Positions 27,283 through 32,000 of a DNA stretch of 32,000 bases are shown here, one piece after another (the stretch's first letter is position 1; each line of letters begins with the position of its first letter). The notes beneath the pieces were generated by a model. That model did not search any database and was not told the origin of the DNA. It saw only the letters and a program-made list of their open reading frames with translations. This stretch comes from Candidatus Thorarchaeota archaeon (lineage in GTDB: Archaea > Asgardarchaeota > Heimdallarchaeia > Hodarchaeales > Hodarchaeaceae), in contig JBHLRO010000005.1 in assembly GCA_048882505.1 (NCBI GenBank), positions 30,001 to 62,000 on the forward strand. Reading direction: 5' to 3'. The translations under genes were made by a program, and so were the position numbers.

Positions 27283-28533
27283 ATGTTCTTCATAGATCTC
27301 ACCGATTCTCAAAAAGCGATCTGGAAAGGAGGATTCACGACGCTTTTTGTTATGATTCAACTCGCTACCATCAATAATTACGTGGTAATTTTCCTAGACC
27401 AGGATCTGATTACAGCCGTGGCGATCATAACGATAATTATTTCATTACGAAATTTTCTCCAAATATTCCTCCGGGTTCCTCTTGGAGAACTTTCGCAGAT
27501 CATAGGAAGAAAGCCCCTCATTCTAGGGGGGCATTTTAGTTTCACGTTTTCGCTTGTTTTATTATATCTAGCCCAAGACTGGACTTTCGTCCTTTTTGCG
27601 ATTTTATGTACCGCGTTTGGAATGTCATGTTTTTGGGCAAGCTTGTTCTCTTACGTGGCTGACGTTGCTCCACAATCCGTAGGTGAATCAACAGGTCAGA
27701 TTTTCATGGCTACCGATGTAGGAAGCCTATTAAGTGGATTTCTGAGCGCTTTTCTCCTTAATGAACTGGGATGGGACTTAACGGGCTTATTTGGATTCAT
27801 GGTTATCCTTGGAATTGCCACGGGAATCATTGGGGTCGTTTTGTTACCCGAAGGTTTGGATCCAAGTCAACGAAAGAGGGTCGATAGTGTTTTTTGGGCA
27901 CTAAATTCATCTTTCCTGACAATGATTAGGGACATAAAGGAAATATCATTTAGTCATCGATTGGAAGTAGTATATGTCTTTCAGCTCGTTCTAGCATTTA
28001 CTGAGTTCGCCCTGACAACTTTTCTTCCTCTTTTAATAGTTTCAAAAGGATATACCAAGGGAGATGTCGGTGGAATCGTCTTTTGGGCGACTTTAGCAAT
28101 AGTTTGGTTTAAACCATTTCTGGGGCGGCTCTCAGATAACCATCAATTCACTCTTGTGTTTTCTATACCTCTTTTTGTCATTAGTGGGATAATTTTGTTG
28201 TTTACCTATTTTAACGAATACATCTTTCTGGTTATTCTGTATATTCTTATGAATGGAGCGTTAATTACCGCGTATTCCGCAACGAATAGCGAGGTTACTC
28301 GGCGAGCCCCCTTTGAGCAACGTGGCATTGCTATGGGGGTTTTGGGTTTTTGGATATCATTAGGACGCACAGTCTCTACATTATTGCTAGGAATTATCTG
28401 GGCATTCTTTGACCTGAATAGTGTCTTTCTGTCCATGGTGATGATTTGTTTTGGCGGAACGGGAGTCGTTCTACTAGCTTTTAAGGAGAGATCGAGTCTA
28501 CAAGCTCAAAAAGTAATCTCGGAGAGGCTATAA
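27283..28533 (+). CDS. MFS transporter
   Basis: About 12 TM segments, motif-A variants GELSQIIGRK and GRLSDN. Confidence 0.88.
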   Translation: MFFIDLTDSQKAIWKGGFTTLFVMIQLATINNYVVIFLDQDLITAVAIITIIISLRNFLQIFLRVPLGELSQIIGRKPLILGGHFSFTFSLVLLYLAQDWTFVLFAILCTAFGMSCFWASLFSYVADVAPQSVGESTGQIFMATDVGSLLSGFLSAFLLNELGWDLTGLFGFMVILGIATGIIGVVLLPEGLDPSQRKRVDSVFWALNSSFLTMIRDIKEISFSHRLEVVYVFQLVLAFTEFALTTFLPLLIVSKGYTKGDVGGIVFWATLAIVWFKPFLGRLSDNHQFTLVFSIPLFVISGIILLFTYFNEYIFLVILYILMNGALITAYSATNSEVTRRAPFEQRGIAMGVLGFWISLGRTVSTLLLGIIWAFFDLNSVFLSMVMICFGGTGVVLLAFKERSSLQAQKVISERL

Positions 28534-28631
28534 CAGAAAACCTTAACTTAATTATACTTAATGAAGAGTCCATTATTTGACTCAAATTGGTTTGAAATCA
28601 CTAATTCGGATGTAAAGGATTGTGTTCTAAT

Positions 28632-29114
28632 ATGGCTTTGATCAGTAAGGAAATTCAAGACGCATTTAATGATCAAATTGGTAAGGAAATTCATTCAGGG
28701 TATCTGTATCTGAGTGCTTCTTTGTGGTTGAAAGAAAACAGCTACAATAACCTGTCTCACTGGTTTTTTGTCCAATATGAAGAGGAAATGCAGCATGCCT
28801 TTAAGATAATGAACTACGTGGTTGATGTTGGAGGCCATGTGACTCTGCCAGCAATTCCTGAACCGAGAGCTGATTGGCAATCCGTTAAGGATATTGTTGA
28901 GTCTGCGTACGCTCACGAGCAAGTAATGACAAAGAATATCCATAATTTGGTAACCCTTACGGAAAACCTCAAGGACTATAATCCACGAGAACTCCTACAA
29001 TGGTTTGTTAGCGAACAAATAGAAGAAGAATCCTCCGCGGAAGAACTAGTAAGGAAACAGGTTGCCTTTAACAACGACATGTTATTCGATCAACACACCT
29101 CCCGTGCTTCCTAA
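28632..29114 (+). CDS. ftn: Non-haem ferritin (FtnA-like)
   Basis: FNDQIGKEIHSGYLY, EEMQH, HE..MT..I..L, QWFVSEQIEEE ferroxidase ligands. Confidence 0.92.
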   Translation: MALISKEIQDAFNDQIGKEIHSGYLYLSASLWLKENSYNNLSHWFFVQYEEEMQHAFKIMNYVVDVGGHVTLPAIPEPRADWQSVKDIVESAYAHEQVMTKNIHNLVTLTENLKDYNPRELLQWFVSEQIEEESSAEELVRKQVAFNNDMLFDQHTSRAS

Positions 29115-29208
29115 TGGAATTGATCGCTTCTTGTTTTCTTAATATTACGATTTATTGAATTTAAAGCTCCTGATCAAGATCAACAAGACGGTACATTTAT
29201 TCTGGTTT

Positions 29209-31416
29209 CTAGGATCTTTCATCTTTTTGGTAGATTCTCGTTTTCACTGAGGAGAGGAGATTATCAATCTTGTTCTTCGTCTTAATATCAAGGAGCGTAT
29301 CTTGGACATGTGGCTCAATAATGTCACTTATGTCCCTCGCCTTAGCTACATCATACTCGTAGTCCAGTTCCATTGGATCAACAACCAATTCGAAGAGTTT
29401 AGCCGTTTTGCCAGGCCTTGTTGCCCTGCCAAAGCGCTGAATTTGTTCCCGTCGGTTACGTGTGCCCGAAACTACAATAATGGTGTCTGCCGGAGCATCA
29501 AATCCTTCATTGAGCATTTTGACGAGAATTAAAGTAGAAATCTTTCCTTCCCTAAACTTCTGAAGGATTTCATTAAGTTCCCTGTCATTGACAATCGTAT
29601 TTCCGGTTAATAGTGTACTTTGTAGCCCTTGCTCTTCTAGATAGGAATGAATCCGCTCTGCATGCTTTATTCTAGATGTAAAAACCAGAGTACTCGATGT
29701 AATATCTGACCTAATTATCGTCTCTAAAGCAATTAACTTATTTTGGGCTTCTCGGGCAATTCGACCATGTATTTTCTTTCCTTTTTGCTGCAATAACCTT
29801 TTTTCATCCTCGGTCAGCGGAATGTGAATCAGTTTATAGTATATGGGGGCAATAAACCCCTCGCGCGCCAAGAGACCATAACTTACCTTATGAACGATTG
29901 GCCCCATTGTGGCAACCACCAAACTGCTGTGAATGCTCTTTTCAATGGTGGCTGAGAGCGCCATTCGCTTTGGAATTTCCAGATCGACGGCTATATGCCG
30001 AAATGTCTCTGCCTGAATATGGTGGGATTCATCTGCGATCAAGAGGCCAAACTTGTTAGTGAAAAATCCGATTGTATCAATTACGGTTTCTTCTTCTCGT
30101 TGAGCTGCCTCTGATCGATCTTTTTGATATGCGTGGTAGTCTTGCAGGTATTGCGCCAGAAGCTGATAAGTAGAAATAACTACGGGATAATTGCGAAACG
30201 CCTTTTTTTGTCCATTAAAGATACCTACACGTTCGACAGGTATTTGGAGGAACTTTCTTAGTTGAGTTACCCATTGATCCACCAAGGCAAGGTTGGGTAC
30301 TAGGATTAAAGTCCGTTGGCGGATTTTTTGGATTGCATCAATGCCTAGAAGAGTTTTACCACTGCCCGTGGGTAACTGAATGGTTCCAAAGTAATCATTC
30401 GCAATCCAATGCTCCATTGCTTTTTTCTGGTAGGAGCGAAGGGTGTAAGAAGTGAGAATGGATAGGTTGGTTTCTTTCTTAGGCGGTTTAAATCTTGAAT
30501 ACTTAACTTTGAAGAGCGGATAACGTTTAGAACTCCTTAACGATTCAGAAATAACCTTCCAGAAGTAATTACCACGAAACGCGGCCCAATAATCGATCTC
30601 AATGGCCATTGATCCTGTTTGTCGGATACAGGGTAAATAATCTGCATCAGGGTCATCTTCAGAGCGTACGGCCATATATCGCGCGAATACATTGAATAAT
30701 GAGTGAAACCATGTATTAAAGTTCTCGTTCCAATGGATTTGCAAACGGTCTTCTTCAGTCTTAACAGTAACTAGAAAATCGTTGCTAGCAACTCGAGCCA
30801 GCTTCTCTAATTTACGTTTAACTCCAGCTGCGTAAATAATCTTAATGCCCGCCTTTCTTAGCATTGCTAGGTCTTCAAAAGCCAGCTGGGGAAATGCAAG
30901 TTCGAATTTGGTGGGTCGATGAGTTCTATCATTCTCCCAATAGCCATTAGTGCTCTTAAAATTGCGCTGCCAAATGCTAAATTGCTCTTCCACCCAATCC
31001 TGGTAGAAAAACTTCCGCTCATAATCCGCCTCCGTGATTTCCTTTTCAAGGTACAGGAACAGATCCTGAACATTCAGCGGTCTAGAACGTTCCGATTTAT
31101 AATGAGGCCGACGCGAGGGAATCCAGGCATTAATTTTGGTGAAAGGATGCCATGGAAATTCAACGAGAAAACTTAGGTCGTTTTCAATCCTAACTTCATA
31201 CGGTTTCCTTCGTGTTTTCCTAAGTTTTGCTTGCCACGCCTCCTTACTGATGCTCGCGCCCTCCAAACGTGGGCTTTGATCGCCCCGTAATCCTAGGTTG
31301 GGAGACGAACAAATGTGTGTCCGGACATTGTGTCGACAGAGTGGGGCTGAGCATTTGCTACACCTATAAATCGGCGCGTCTGCGGCGGCACATTCATTGC
31401 AGATTTCCAGACTCAT
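29209..31416 (-). CDS. XPB/Rad25-like SF2 helicase with an N-terminal AN1-like zinc finger
   Basis: LRSYQ, LPTGSGKT, DESH, LSAT, EGFD, QRFGR. N-terminal C-x2-C-x9-C-x2-C-x4-C-x-H-x4-H-x-C. Confidence 0.88.
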   Translation of the reverse strand: MSLEICNECAAADAPIYRCSKCSAPLCRHNVRTHICSSPNLGLRGDQSPRLEGASISKEAWQAKLRKTRRKPYEVRIENDLSFLVEFPWHPFTKINAWIPSRRPHYKSERSRPLNVQDLFLYLEKEITEADYERKFFYQDWVEEQFSIWQRNFKSTNGYWENDRTHRPTKFELAFPQLAFEDLAMLRKAGIKIIYAAGVKRKLEKLARVASNDFLVTVKTEEDRLQIHWNENFNTWFHSLFNVFARYMAVRSEDDPDADYLPCIRQTGSMAIEIDYWAAFRGNYFWKVISESLRSSKRYPLFKVKYSRFKPPKKETNLSILTSYTLRSYQKKAMEHWIANDYFGTIQLPTGSGKTLLGIDAIQKIRQRTLILVPNLALVDQWVTQLRKFLQIPVERVGIFNGQKKAFRNYPVVISTYQLLAQYLQDYHAYQKDRSEAAQREEETVIDTIGFFTNKFGLLIADESHHIQAETFRHIAVDLEIPKRMALSATIEKSIHSSLVVATMGPIVHKVSYGLLAREGFIAPIYYKLIHIPLTEDEKRLLQQKGKKIHGRIAREAQNKLIALETIIRSDITSSTLVFTSRIKHAERIHSYLEEQGLQSTLLTGNTIVNDRELNEILQKFREGKISTLILVKMLNEGFDAPADTIIVVSGTRNRREQIQRFGRATRPGKTAKLFELVVDPMELDYEYDVAKARDISDIIEPHVQDTLLDIKTKNKIDNLLSSVKTRIYQKDERS

Positions 31417-31683
31417 GAGAAATGGATTCCCCGTGGCTCTATTAGTTCTTTATTCGAAGGTAGGCGCTTTATTTCGGGTGTTGAGAGCGCCTTAAGATGA
31501 GATGAAAGCGAAGGATGGGTGATGGGGTGAAAAAGGATTGGTTTAACGGATAAGAATGCTAAAACTTCTTAATTCCCTCTGGTTGAATCTACATCAAGCT
31601 CCTTTATTAAACCTTTGCTTATTAACCCACGAATTTGTCATATTGGTACCCTTTAGTTAGTGTGTAACCTCTAATCAATTCCA

Positions 31684-32000
31684 CTATGTATAAGAGTCTG
31701 AAGCAATAGGAGATCCGCATTCTTGACAAAACTTGTCATCTTTTAGCACCATTTCCCCACATCGTTCACAAAATCTCACATAATCCTCCATATCTAATTC
31801 TGGTCTGCCCAAAAACCTCTCCAAGGATATTTGAGGAGGATCCCCCGCTTTCTTCCTGACTTTTGTCAAATCAACTGCATTCGGAGTTGGATAATCCTGT
31901 TTCAGTAGAATTGCCAGCTGGCGAGCGTTGTTAGGCGCCGACCCGTGCGGGTGGTTATTGAAATACACATAAATATCTCGTAACTGTTTGTTTTGAGTGA
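31684..32000 (-). CDS. 3' part of a DUF72-family protein with a C-terminal zinc ribbon (runs off the window)
   Basis: Frame is open to the window edge. IYVYFNNHPHGSAPNNARQL matches the DUF72 C-terminal FNN..A..NA motif, followed by CERCG..FCQECG. Confidence 0.7.
   Translation of the reverse strand, partial: TQNKQLRDIYVYFNNHPHGSAPNNARQLAILLKQDYPTPNAVDLTKVRKKAGDPPQISLERFLGRPELDMEDYVRFCERCGEMVLKDDKFCQECGSPIASDSYT

Noticed and set aside
27151-27360. 69-aa minus-strand ORF
   Set aside because: Overlaps the MFS start antisense and has no motif.
133-31176. The many 60-156 aa ORFs antisense or out of frame within well-supported genes (e.g. 8154-8561, 8764-9120, 16541-16864, 18777-19247)
   Set aside because: Fully nested in strongly supported CDSs, without motifs, consistent with shadow ORFs.
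31462-31492. AGGCGCT/AGCGCCT hairpin upstream of XPB
   Set aside because: A single short stem with no U-tract or family match, plausibly chance.
1-32000. CRISPR arrays, tRNA/rRNA genes, IS elements, integrases
   Set aside because: No regularly spaced repeats, cloverleaf or T-loop signatures, terminal inverted repeats or transposase motifs were seen by eye. A tRNAscan-SE/Infernal run would be needed to exclude small RNAs.

Overview
Gene-dense archaeal window, mostly housekeeping and transport genes. Attribution to an Asgard archaeon (Heimdallarchaeia/Hodarchaeales-like) is an inference from a longin-like protein, a V4R/Bet3-like protein, TSP3-type repeats and several eukaryote-like enzymes. 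About 27 coding regions are supportable, including pyk, ribA, xth, a ferritin, an XPB-like helicase, an SSB, an M20 dipeptidase, a HemL-like aminotransferase, two ABC systems, an MFS transporter, a Nudix hydrolase and two regulators. I recognised no rRNA, tRNA, CRISPR array or transposase. The most unusual object is a 1050-aa protein with a receptor-like layout: an exported family-5 solute-binding domain, Ca-binding TSP3-like repeats, one transmembrane helix and a ~300-aa cytoplasmic TPR-like domain. Other candidates are a frameshift-split V4R/Bet3-like gene, a longin-like protein with Cys motifs, an hSSB1-like SSB with a DRGGYG-repeat tail, an AN1-finger XPB, a lone PD-(D/E)xK nuclease and an unannotated 48-aa Cys-rich ORF. 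All family calls come from motif recognition by eye, not from database searches.
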